DNA of 64,000 nt from Takakia lepidozioides (Eukaryota; Plantae; Bryophyta): the NCBI GenBank assembly GCA_030704615.1, contig CM060733.1, positions 57,660,001 to 57,724,000 of the forward strand, written 5' to 3'. Both the position numbers and the translations under genes were made by a program. Every line of letters starts with the position of its first letter. The stretch's first letter is position 1. Positions 24,944 to 37,539 of this stretch are shown here, piece after piece. The notes under the pieces are model-generated. The model was not told the DNA's origin. It was given only the letters and a program-made list of their open reading frames with translations, and did no database searches.

Positions 24944-27604
24944 TCCAAGCAGAAAGAAAACTCATCCGGGGTAAATCCATCTCTAGGGAACTTGAATCCA
25001 CTCTCCTGGAGTCCTGTCATCAAACCTCTGTCGGCAATTCGAATCTTTGTTGCATACCTGATGGTGCATGCTTGTTGGTCCTCTTCCTGTACAAATATGA
25101 CAATCAGCGGATCGTCCTCGTCAGGTTCAAGTTCTATATCTTGAACGTGAGCGTACTCAAGCTCTGTGGTTTCCTCTCCCTCCCTATACAAGAATCGAAG
25201 AACATGATCTAGTGGAGCTCCACTCAGAGAAACTCCCCAAGAGGTTATTTTGTCGGATAGACAGAAAATTGCAACGTGTTATGTCCGATATATGTCTGAT
25301 CTCTCAGAAAGGAACTCCCGGCAATGTCTGAAGACATTGAGCGTATAGCAGCTACCGCTGCAGCAGCCGACCTCGACATTCATGAGAGAAATTTGAGGAC
25401 TCTTGCAGAGAAGGAGCCTCCCGCTCTCCTCAAAGACACCTCCTGAGCTAGGGTCTTTGAAGCAGGGCAATCCAAATACCAACCACAAGCAGAAAGATGG
25501 TCTGGGCCCCAGTCATGCAAGATCCTTGTAGTAAACATGGTCTGGTTGCCAGCAGGGACAAGCCAAAGGTCCACGAAATCAGGATGTTTGTCCAAGCAGT
25601 TCTCTACCATGAGAACATACTTTATGTACCTGCAGGAACAGAGACAACCTCATTATGCAATGCAAATATTGTCTCCCAGCTTTTCCACCCCATCACGAAG
25701 ACCCCCTAAAAGAGTATGCGACACATTACACTCCACCACAAATTCATATGAGCCAGCCAAAAACAGGTTGGATGGAGGAGAATGTGTCTATGCAAAACAA
25801 AGAAGCACAGTCCATTTCGCACCTGTAAAGGCATCGTTTCCAGGCTTCCTCTCCTTTCTCTTGCTGGTCAAGCTCATTTGTTTGACTAATGTCAGCATCC
25901 TTGTTGAACTCTCTGAAGAAACAAGATTGCCACACTGTGGCTCTCCATTTCCTCATGTATGCTTAGAAGGAGACCTTCGGTTCTGTCACGGTGATCCCAT
26001 AGTCAGCCAGCTGCGTAAGTAGAACCGACCGGGCCCTTTCCTTCAACTGCAGACCAATACAGAAGCAAGAATGAACACAAAAACAATCACAACCAATGTA
26101 ACATGGAAAAAGAATGACAGAAAAAGCGAAAAGAAAGTGACACAGCAAAGGACATCATACCTGGCTCCAGTAAGTGGCCTTGTGAAGCCATGTGTCTAGC
26201 ACATTGTCACTGACAGGAATGACACGCTGGGTCTTCTTCTCTTTCTCCGGCCTGGGGAACATGTGGGTATCCCTAACAGTGGGATCGGAGTTCCATATCT
26301 GTAGCCACTTCACCTTCTGTTCTGAAGATACAACGGCAGTAGACAACCTGTGTAACTTCTCCTGGGCCATCTCTGGCTTGCCTGGCTTGTTGTAATGGTT
26401 TTTCACCTCTTGAAGGAACTCTGGTCCGAAGGTTGGGTCTGCATTCTCAGTTGTTTCACAAAAGCACTCATAATAGTCCTTCTTGTGGCGGTCATCTCCT
26501 TCTGGATGTGACTCTCAATGCCCTTTGTTGTCCTTCTCTCCTCAGGGGTAGAGCTATAGTATTCCAGTTTGCCACACTCTCCTGCATCTGCAATGTCTTG
26601 CTGCAAGGGAATGCACGAGAGTTGCATCAACCCAAGGGCAAGGGAAACAAACAGAAATAAACATGTGGAAGTAGGAATATCGAAAGGCCAGATGATGGAA
26701 GATGTATCTCACCATGTACATATACTCCATGAAAGCCTCACGGGTCAACGAGTACCACATTTCTGATGTCTTGGAGCTTTCGCACTTCTTGTACGTCTCT
26801 GCTGAAAAGATGGTCTTGAAGTTGGTCAAGGGCATCTGCCCGATCCTTTGTATCCGGTACAGTGTATGAACTAGGCTCATTTTGACATGTGATGTCTCCG
26901 TCCCTCTGCAAAATGATGTGTGAAAGTCAAAATGAAATTCAAGGACCGTCAACAGAGGACTGGAACCAAAGAACCACAGAACCACAAATGGAACATGTAG
27001 AATGAGAAACCAACCTGTTCACATCATTCATTGCCGTCAGAAGACCCATCATGTTCCCGTCACAATCCAGCACCATCGATCGAACAGAGTAATGCCACTC
27101 TTCCTCTTGTGAGTGCAGCCTCCCAATGACAGCCATCCATGCAAGCAACCGGTGGTTGCCATCCCAAACGTGAAACATCTTCCCTGAGAATGCCTAGGTG
27201 GAAGGTTTCCTGGAGAGAAGAAGTTCGAAGGATTCGTTCACCTGTCTCCAAATGGGATCCCAGGAGTCCACGATTGACTCATCCACAAGGAGCTCATTGC
27301 CTCTGGAATCCTTTGTAGAAACGTAAAAGACTGCGGATCCATCCAAATACCCATGAACAAACTCGGCCTCCAGCTTCAGGATGTTCTTGATGAGGGGTGG
27401 ACAAACAACGGGCATGGAAACCAACCTACACAGGGGAATCTTCAACCTCCCACCCAGGGCAAGCATACTTTGCACCACAAGCTGAGAGTTTACCTTCTGA
27501 CCCCCTAGCATCTCAGCAGCTTTGCTTTCATAGAACTCATCGTCCACATCAACAATGATATCCTTCCCCTGCCCCGAAGGGATCTCATCCGCCACAGTTT
27601 GCAT
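24925..27604 (-). pseudogene. ParB/Srx-like (DGNHR) domain gene copy 1, spliced and disrupted
   Basis: IPLCRLVSMPVV...AVFYVS...KMFHVWDGNHRLLAW. Downstream blocks KVKWLQIWN, LDTWLHKATYW, QQEKGEEAWKRCLYR and DWG...GWYLDCP align in order with 38878-41050. Premature stop at 27194-27196. Confidence 0.78.
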
Positions 27605-27682
27605 CTTCTCCTGCAGATTTGTTCATTCAAATTGATATAAGAGAGAGGCATGAAACGATGGTGTTTTGAGCATGGAAGACAG

Positions 27683-30515
27683 ACCCTATGTGGCCCAATT
27701 TCTCATTAGAAAACAAGCAATATGGGGGCCGAAAATACTGTGCGTTGCCGCACAATGTTTCAGCTTCCAAATATTGGTGTTTTGAACATGATATTTGGCC
27801 CTATGTGGCACATTTCCACCAAACAAACAGGCAGAGAGGGGGCCAAAAAGGGGGCACAAACAGTGTGCGTTGCCGCACACTCTTCGTGCTACCAACTATG
27901 GGTGTTTTGAGCATGCATACTGGCCCTGTTTGGCCCAATTTCACATAGAAAAACAAGCGGAGAGGGGGCTCAAACAATGTGCATTCCCGCACACTGTTTG
28001 AGCTTCCAGTAAGGGTTCGTTTCAACCAGAGTGGCCCTAGGTGCCCGATTTTCACAACAAAAAACAAGCAGACAAGGGGGCTCAAACAGTGTGCGTTGCC
28101 GCACACTGTTTGAGCTTGCAATAAGGGGTGATTTTAACATGGCATAGTGGCCATGAGTGGCCGATTTTGAGATAAAAGAAAAGTCAATGAAGGGGGCTCA
28201 AACAGTGTGCGTTGCCGCACACTATTTGAGCTTCCATTTCGGGGTGGATTCAACTTGCAAAACTGGCCCTAGGTGCACAATTTTCATGTCAAAAAACAAG
28301 CAAATCAGGGGGCTCAAATAGTGTGCGTTGACGCACACTGTTTGGGCTGCCAGGTAATTGTGAATTGAACCTGACAGAGATGACCTTTGTGGTCGATTCT
28401 AAAATGAAAAAATAATGTCAAGTGTGGGCTCAAAGAGTGTGCAATGCCACACACTGTTTGAGCTTCCAAAAAGGGGTGGAATGAACCTTATAGAGAGGCG
28501 ACTGTGTGCACGATTTTCACATTCAAGAAACAATTACAAGGGGGGCTCAAACAGTGTGCGTTGACACACACTGTTTGAGCTGCCAGGTTAGTGTGGATTG
28601 AACCTCACAGAGTTACCCTGTCTGGACAATTTTATTATGAAAAAAACAATGAGAAAGGGGGCTCAAACAGTGTGCATTGGCGCACACTGTTTGAGCTACC
28701 AAGAAATTGTTCATTGAACCTCACAGAGATACCCCGTCTGGACGATTTTATTATTCCAAAAACAATGAGAAGGGGGGCTCAAACAGTGTGCGTTGGCGCA
28801 CACTGTTTGAGCTTCAAATTAGGGGTGGATTGACCAGACAGGGAGGCCCCTCTGTGCACCATTTCCACACCAAAAAAAACAAGGCACAAGGGTGGCTCAA
28901 ACAGTGTGCGTTGACGCACACTGTTTGAGCCTCCAATTCAGGGTGGATTGAACCTGCCAGAGTGGCCCTATGTGGCCATTTTGAACATGAAAAAACAAGG
29001 AAAATGGGGGGCACAAACAGTGTGTGGTGCCGCACACTGTTTGAGCTTCCAATTCGGGGTGGATTGAACCTGCCTGAGTGGCCCTATGTGGCCAATTTTC
29101 ACATGAAAAAAACAATGACAAGGTGGGCTCAAACAGTGTGCGTTGGCGCACACTGTTTGAGCTGCCAGGTAAGTGTGCATTGAACCTGCAAGACTGGCCT
29201 TATGTGGCCGATTTTCACATGAAAAAAACAATGACAAGGTGGGCTCGAACAGTGTGCGTTGACGTACACTGTTGGAGCTGCCAGGTAAGTGTGCATTGAA
29301 CCTGCAAGACTGGCCCTATGTGGCCGATTTTCTCATGAAAAAAACAATGACAAGGTGGGCTCGAACAGTGTGCGTTGACGCACATTGCTGGAGCTGCCCG
29401 GAAATTGTTGATTGAACCTCATAGAGATACCCTGTCTGGACAATTTTATTATGAAAAAAACAGTGAGAAGGGGGGCTGGAACAGTGTGCGTTGGCGCACA
29501 CTGTTTGAGCTTCGAATTAGGGGTGGATTGAACCAGATAGAGAGGCCCCTGTGTGCACCATTTCCACACCAAAAAACAAGGCACAAGGGGGGCTCAAACA
29601 GTGTGCATTGACGTACACTATTTGAGCTTCTAATTTGGGGTGGATTGAACCTGCCATAGTGGCCCTATGTGGCCGTTTTGAACACCAAAAAACAAGCAAA
29701 ATGGGGGGCTCAAACAGTGTGCGGTGCCGCACACTGTTTGAGCTGCCAGGTTAGTGTGGATTGAACCTCACAGAGTTACCCTGTCTGGACTATTTTATCA
29801 TGAAAAAAACAATGAGAAGGGGGGCTCAAATAGTGTGCGTTGGCGCACATTGTTTGAGCTACCAAGAAATTGTTCATTGAACCTCACAGAGATACCCTAC
29901 CTGGACAATTTTATTACTCCAAAAATAATGAGAAGGGGGGCTCAAACAGTGTGCGTTGGCGCACACTGTTTGAGCGTCGAATTAGGGGTGGATTGAACGA
30001 GACAGAGAGGCCCCTGTGTGCACCATTTCCACACCAAAAAAACAAGGCACAAGGGGGGCTCAAACAGTGTGCGTTGACGCACACTGTTTGAGCTTCCAAT
30101 TCGGGGTGGATTGAACCTGCCATAGTGGCCCTATGTGGCCGTTTTGAACATCAAAAAACAAGCAAAATGGGGGGCTCAAATAGTGTGCGGTGCCGCACAC
30201 TGTTTGAGCTGCCAGGTTAGTGTGGATTGAACCTCACAGAGTTACCCTGTCTAGACAATTTTATTATGAAAAAAATATTGAACCTGCCATAGTGGCCCTA
30301 TGTGGCCGTTTTAAACATGAAAAAACAAGCAAAATGGGGGGCTCAAGCAGTGTGCGGTGCCGCACAATGTTTGAGCTTCCAATTCGGGGTGGATTGAACT
30401 TGCCATAGTGGCCCTATGTGGCGGTTTTGAACATGAAAAAACAAGCAAAATGGGGGGCTCAAACAGTATGCGGTGCCGCACACTGTTTGAGCTTCCAATT
30501 CAGGGTGGATTAAAC
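27683..30515. repeat. Tandem array of ~24 x ~116-bp units, each with a 36-bp palindrome GCTCAAACAGTGTGCG-N4-CGCACACTGTTTGAGC; higher-order structure
   Basis: Palindromes at ~116-bp spacing from ~27733 to ~30457. The intervening sequences fall into a few recurring related types. Confidence 0.95.
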
Positions 30516-30519
30516 AAGT

Positions 30520-31213
30520 TCAGGGAAGTTTTCTGCCGAACTTCATTTTCATCAGACAATCTCATTGCAATAGACATGGCTTTGGACACTACAGCCTCTG
30601 CCAGGACTTAGCCTCTGTTTCCAAGATATAGAGTCGATTAACTTAGGATATCTGGTGTTGGGCATATGTTGCAGCTGACCCCACCATATGTGCTTGAATT
30701 CATCTCGTCGAGAGCTTAAGGACGGAATGCCAAAATCACCCCCACCAGCCACATTGGCTGTTTTGGAGCAAGCTCACATACACTCCTTAAGCACCCCCAC
30801 TTTTTCTAGAGACTTAGCTTGGTTGGAGTAATCAACCCATATTGCAGATCCGTACTCCAAGGCAGGTCTAATAACGCAACAAAGCATGGTTTTCTTAACC
30901 TCCGAGTTTACCTCTCTGCAGTGGAAAAATTCAGTGAGCCCCAGAGCTTTGCCCTTGCCAGTTTGAACAACTTTCCGGATATGTGCATCCCAATTACAAT
31001 TGGAGAAAAACTCAATGCCCAGTGGGGTAGCCAAGAGATCCTGGTCCTCATCACTTCCTCCCTCTCCTCTGTCGTTGAATGCTAACACTGCACATTTGCT
31101 GTCATTAGCCTCTAGCCCCCAAAGATCAAAGTATATCTTCGCGCAATCAATCAACTCTTGGAGATTGGTTTGAGTCTCCCCTATGCCTGCAAAGTCATCC
31201 GCAAACATAAGGG
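30520..31213 (-). mobile_element. LINE reverse transcriptase fragment
   Basis: ALMFADDFAGIGET...LQELID...WGLEANDSKCAVL...LGIEF...W..HI...IRPALEYGSAIW. Confidence 0.88.
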
Positions 31214-31680
31214 CTGTTTAGGCAACATAATAGGCTACTGGTCACAAGCCTAACGCTGGATTACAGCCAGTGTTCGCCATGGGTATGACGAGTGCACAAA
31301 GTCGAATTACGACTATGTGAGTGTAGCATGCATGATGCTGCAAAGTAAGAAATTGCAGATTGCTTCTTGTGAAAATTGAAGTGGAGTGGGTACTTATGCA
31401 AAGCCTCCATACTGATGGCATCGTGACATGGAAACATCATCCGACAAAAATGAGGGGAATGGGTAAGGGTTCTTCTCAACAATAGCACAGAATTGCACAA
31501 GCCATGGTCGTGGCTCTGCCAGAAGTTCAAACCAACATTAACAGTCATGGTAATGGCGTGCTAGTCATAGTGCAGCCTGTAAGAAATCTTAGCCCCTCTA
31601 CACTACAGGTGAACTTCACTACCACCCATGGACCTCTTGAAATCTGGATAGCAATGAACAAGCATGCTGCCATAAAAGCA

Positions 31681-32169
31681 TTACACATCAACGTCAAGCA
31701 GCTCGTCCGGGCTGTCATCTTCTTCTTCATCGGTACTGTCATTCTCCACCACAATGGGGGCCTCGTTGCGCACATCCCTGTATAGTGAGGCAAGAACTTC
31801 GGGAGTCACTTCAATTGTCTGGCCCAAATTCGGGCCTGCAACATGTGTCTCTTTGACTCGTTCAGGGGCTAAGAGGCCTTCCACACTACGAAGATCATCG
31901 TTACCAAATGCCACATCACAAACCACCCGAGAAGATCTGGGGCTTTTCTCAAGGACCACATTCCACCGAGGTTCATGAACCAAGTGCTGAAAAATACCTG
32001 CTCCACTTGTGACAGCAGCACGAATGGCTGCTCTTGTGGAGCCAACATTTGGGAGAAATTCACCAATGTGAACCCACAATCATCCTGCTTCATGGATGCA
32101 GGCTGATTGCGGCTCCCCTTCTTTGCCCAAACCCAAGAACACAACATCACAATGGGCCTTGTATTCCCA
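31681..32169 (-). pseudogene. CACTA TnpD C-terminal part (DUF4216-like), cut off from the rest of the gene by the MULE insertion
   Basis: GNTRPIVMLCSW...DDCGFTLVNF...EQPFVLLSQVEQVFF...EPRWNVVL; continues in frame from EIDYGNT at ~43652. Confidence 0.85.
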
Positions 32170-32782
32170 GGGGGTTGCTATTCCATATGCACAGGTTGCG
32201 TGCATGCATGCACAAAATCCCTTATTATATATGCATGTGACAAATTTGTATGCACACATTGTAGATTGTATGCAGTGGAGTTATATAACATAGAATACGA
32301 CGTATTTATTGCATATGCAAATGTTACATCATATGTATATAGAAAAAAATAAAATAAAAATCTTAGCTAACAAAATCAGTAGTCAATGGTCAAAGATGCA
32401 TGTGACCACTAACTCCAACTAATGCACCACCTTAAACTGAAGAGAATACAAGATCCCTGGCCAAAGTAATAGTTTGCAAACTTGTATTCAAGGAAAACAG
32501 TTTCATATTAACCAAAATATGGACTTTTGTACTAACAAATGCATATGTGTCATGTTTGGAACCACCACATTGCATGTCTGTTTGTAATGCCAAGCAGTTC
32601 TATAATTTGAAAACTTGTATGACAGGTACAAAAGTTCTATTTTAACCAAAATAGGAACTTTTGTACTAACAAATGCTATGTGTCATGTTTGGAATAAAGT
32701 AGTAACAAGATAATTACATGTCACATGCATGAAAATGAACGGCACAAGTTAGAGGTTCTTTTTTTGTGCATTTCATGTGTCA

Positions 32783-35700
32783 CTAAGAAGTTGAACTAGG
32801 GTCCTTCTTTAGCATAGCCCTAACCTCTAACTGGCTAAGGGAAGGTTGGTGGATCTCATAAGCCCCGGCGCATCCTAGATGCACGTTGTACATGAAGTAC
32901 ATGTGCTTACAAGGTAGATATGTTTGTTTTTTCTTCTTGACAGATAGCTCATCAAAGTCGGGACAATCACAAGATGGAAACTGACCAATGTATACATTGT
33001 AAACCAATCCTGCTCTGGTAGATCCCTCTGTTTGTAGCTCGTAAATTCTCCCATAACCTGGCTGAGGCACGTTTCTGAATCCACGAACCTCAGCAATAAG
33101 AGTCTCCGCTGACTCTTGGCGACTCAAGTGTCGAGGAGTCGGATCCCGACGCCGAATGCGCACCCCATAGCGTGTAGTGGGATACTTACCCATAGGAAGG
33201 ACAACACCTTGATGCATATGTTGTTCCACTGGAAGTGGTCCCACAGGAAAGTTCGGATCAGGAACGTTGGGGGACTAGTCGAAAACCTGCAAGGGTCAAG
33301 TTGTCCACCTCTTCTTGTTAAGGTTGGTTCCAACCTTCACAGGCCACACGTTAGGTATACCCGGTTTTCCCAAGCAATAGGATGGCACGGTCCCTCCAAC
33401 ACACGACAAAACATCTGTGGGGCAAAACCAAAAAACTTGCAGTTTTGGTTATTTCATGTTCGGTGCTAGTAACTTGCCAGTGAAGCAAGGTGCATGACTT
33501 CCTTTACCTTTCCTGATGAGCGCTTTGCATTTATCTTTAGAAACTCCAACCAAGGCAGAACAACGAACCATGGAAGCAGGACCTGTCCGCTGAATCCTGA
33601 ACAATGCATCGGAAAAGTCTTGTGTCTCTCTCACTGGATTTCCCCATTGCATTGGCTGAGGAGGGATAGCAACATGTGGATTTGTCTCACAGAAAGTCGA
33701 AGAACTAGGAATGTCATGACTTGATTTGGAGCTGACGAACCTAGATGGCTGGTGTGGACTGGGCATCCCAGTGGCGCGTACTGGAACAGTCTTTACATTC
33801 ATATCACACCTCCAAGATTCGTTTGGCCCACCATGCTCATCGCCTAACTTGCGTTTGACTGGAATAGTGCAATTGTCTCCCTCCAATTGAACCCCCCTTG
33901 TGTGCATGGGTGTTCCAGCTACTATGCCACGTACAACCTTACCCATTTTTGCTGGGCTATTAGATCTAGCTGCTTGACGCAACATGAGCTCCTCTTTGTC
34001 GGGCCCCGTCCCCCATGTCTTTCTTGTGGTGTGCCTGTAAAATGTTGCCTGCTGCAAAAGAGCTCGTGACATGTCATGCATGGTGGCCTCATATAGATCC
34101 ACCTTCATTTTTTTCCCATTGCCTGCTGTCTTCCACCAAGCAGAATGGACTGCCTCAGACAAATTAGTGGTAGGCATATCTGCATCTGCCTCCACATCCA
34201 TGTCCTCTCTCATCCATTGGCCCCACATTCGATATCTGTAGTGCCACCATGCAAGCCATGAATCTAGTTTTGGCAGACTCTTTTCTGTGCATGCTCCTGA
34301 AGAGAGCCACCAAGCCCGAATTGCAATGTATGTGGTTGTAGCATCCTCCAAGGTAGCACTATCTTTCCATTCATAACAGAGTTGAGTGTGCCTTTCATGG
34401 AAGTCCTCCAAGATATAGTCGTTGGTGTGTCTTCGGAGGCTTTCAGCCCAATGATATAAACATGTTCTTTCTTTACCTTCCATTGGGACATTGGGATCAG
34501 ATCCATAAAACCTTCGAACATCAGCCCAATTCGCTCCTGCTGCATCCGCCATGAAGCCAGCAAAATTTGGTTTGTTCAAGCCAGCAAGTTTTGCTTGTTC
34601 ATTGATCATCTCCCAGAATAACACCTGAGCATGTGCATCCTCTGTTTTCATATCGCAAATGGCAATGGTCATCATTCGCTTGACATATGGTTCATAGACA
34701 TGACACGCAAGAGTTGTCCAATCCTTGATGTGTTTGACATGGTCAAATACTACCCAACTTGTGCGTAGATCCCCCTCACTCATGCGACGCACAAGATCAA
34801 CACCACTCCCGGGACCAGCAACAGACATCTTGAAAACATGGGGGAGATGAGAAGTATGCTGGCCTGGAAGGAGATTGCTGTGAATGAAATGGTATGTACT
34901 CAGACGCTTCAACTCCAATATGGACATGATGGAATTGACACGTGCAGATGCGACCTTGTTTTTCACATTGGGGCTACAAACATGGGCAAACTCTTCAAGA
35001 ATATCTTCCAAAGCCTCTCCCTCAAGACGTACTGTCTCTGTGCCATCAGCCACAAGAACTCGATCAATCAAGAGCTTTTGGGCCATTACAAGGAAATAGC
35101 TCCCGGGGTCGACCATGGCTTCATCTTAACGTGCTCTTGAATCATGCTTGATGCATTTTCCGCAGCCTCTCTATTCTCGCCCTTGGCACATGGATGGTTA
35201 TGAAACCCAACGTGAACTGCAACACGTGTATATGTTGGAAGGGAACTTGTGACATAGTACATTCTTGCCCCACACTGCGCCTCACAGAAAGGTCTTTCTT
35301 TGCAGAAACTACACTTGAACTGGTTGAATGGAACTTGGGCTCCTGCAATGAACACCTTGTCTGCATTGCCTTCCCAATAGCGTTCATTCCGTTCTCCTTC
35401 TTTCTTGAAGAAGGGGCAAGTGCTGCTTTGACATATGAGCTTTCCAACACAAAGAACCTTACTACATTTCACATGATCTGGAACACCAGACATATTGTAG
35501 GTATTGGTCTTGCACCAAGGATGACCATCAAACTTGCGGTCCATGCCTTGGAGGGACTGTGAACCACGGTCCGTACGTAGTTTGACCACGGGGGGGAGTT
35601 TGTGGATCACTTTTCCATCAAAAGCTCGAGGAAGACACCGAACACGATGCACTGGAATGTGACTATAGTCCAAGGTAGAAAGCTCTCCTTTTGATCATTC

Positions 35701-36317
35701 CTCCGAGCAATGGCCAAGATACTCAAAATGGACAACACACCAGAAGGAAATGCAGATGTAGCCTCCCCTGCTAGTCGTGGAGATGAAGATAAACCCCTCG
35801 CAGATTCGCAACAATCAGACGTGGTGTTGTCCAATGGAGTTTTCCGAGGCTTCATGTCGTGAAGCAAGACCGTATGAGCAGATGAGGAAGGTTGAGATCC
35901 ACAAAATACACTCTTAGAAACCTCAACACAATCCGAATTATGAGACCCCAAGCTCGCCGAATCTGCAACCTCCTCCTTCAATTTACAACTCCCATTTGTC
36001 GCAGCTTGATCGTTCTTTCTTGCAATAGAAGTGTGCCTCTCATCATGTGACTGTGTATAGCTCGTACCTGTGACACGGTACTTGGAGAAAGTGTCTGGAA
36101 ACAACTCCCATTGCTTTTGGCCGTCATTGAAAACTGGAAGCAACACTGTGGAGGCATCATCATCTCCATCATCCTCCAAAAAAACTGAACCCGAAACAAG
36201 TTTGAATCTATTGCATAACCAAGGTTCTGGGATAATGCACTTGTTTCCATTGCAAGGATAACGAACCACTTTTGCATCAGGTGGACATGAAAGCACTGCA
36301 TATTTTGGTGTAGACAT
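32783..36317 (-). pseudogene. Mutator-like transposase copy 2 (GCM-like Zn domain, DDE core, SWIM finger)
   Basis: DGHPWC...CVGKLICQSSTCPF...CSFC...CGARMYY...HVGFHNHP; WVVFDHVK, FMADAAGANW, TCLYHW, TTNLSEAVH; SWIM FPSCDCPDF...LPCKHMY. Frameshifts near 35640, 35100 and 33300 and a stop at 33449. Confidence 0.87.
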
Positions 36318-37539
36318 TTGGCAATGCCCTCAAAGTTTGAGAGAAGATGCAAAATGAATGAAAGCGCACATCTTGCAAGACCTTATGCAAATACATTAAA
36401 TGGCTTACATTACTTATGTGTATCATCAATCCAGAAGGTCCAAATTTTTTGAGGCATGTGCTCCATCCATATTATTCTCTGACAGAAACAACTAAATGGA
36501 CTATCCCCTATTTTTAAGACGACGGCGCCGTTGTTGAGATCTTAGAATCCAATGTACTGCCTTCTTCTTATGAGCATATGAAACATAAATGCTCTGCATG
36601 TTTCCATTTATTTTACAACCAATCGTTGATTAATCGTCCAACTATGAACTGACACACTAGACGGCACAATTTATTTACAATCAAATCCCATGACATGTAT
36701 GTTGATTTGTTCTTTGATTACTCATGTATGAGTAATGAGTACAAGTATTTGTGGCGACAATTGGCTCTAAAACCAATAAATTGATTAAGACACCCATAAC
36801 AAAATATTTAGTTACTTTATCACTTACTTTATATTGTATTATGAAGGCGCCGCCACAAAGTAACATGTCAATCGTACAACCATCTTTTGAGGATCCACGT
36901 GTAACCCATGTAGTCCAAAAAACACTAACGCCAGAGTGTATAAAAAATGTTCACATTTCAGATTTGGCCAATTTGGCCTTTTTAAGGCCTTCGCCTTCGC
37001 GCCCCCCTTTCCCCCCGCTCTCCTTGGCGGGGGCAGGTTTGAACCCGCAACCTAGTGGAAAATACACCACAACCTTACCAACAAGCCATGCTCTATTCAA
37101 TGAAACAACCTCTACTTTTTTGTTAATAAACTGTTTCTTTTCAGTTAAACTTGTTGCCATTACTACATGACTAACCCGGTATCATTACTACACTAACGTA
37201 GTCTAGTATACTTGCACATTATCCCTTGCCACTCCCCCAAACAAACACACACAAACTACACAAGCACTTAACACGTCTCTAGTCTCTACACCCTGGAGAC
37301 TCCCGTTGCGAAGAGGAGACGGAGGCGCCGCATCTCGGCCTTATACTATACCACCCCGAGGCAACGAGCTGTTGCGGCGATGGGGAGGAAGAAGGACACT
37401 CGAGGGGGAGGCGTTGCTGGTGGTGGTGGTGGTAGAGGCAAGCTGCGGACGGAGAAGGTAAGCTGTAGTTTTGTTTTTTTTCATGACCTGCACTTAGGCA
37501 TATGCGCCATCGCATAAGCCCCACCAAGCTGCTCCTTAT

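Noticed and set aside
27683-30515. CRISPR array (36-bp palindromic repeats at regular spacing)
   Set aside because: The ~80-bp intervening sequences are homologous to each other and recur, there are no cas genes, and the context is eukaryotic.
27686-30611. Many short ORFs across the array
   Set aside because: Translations of the tandem repeat on both strands.
31215-31300. Left TIR of the large CACTA element
   Set aside because: TACTGGTCAC at 31236 only weakly resembles CACTAGTAGA and there is no matching 3-bp TSD (ATA expected).
36870-37530. Short minus-strand ORFs between the two MULE genes
   Set aside because: Could be 5' exons or a captured fragment, but no motif or counterpart in copy 1 was recognised.
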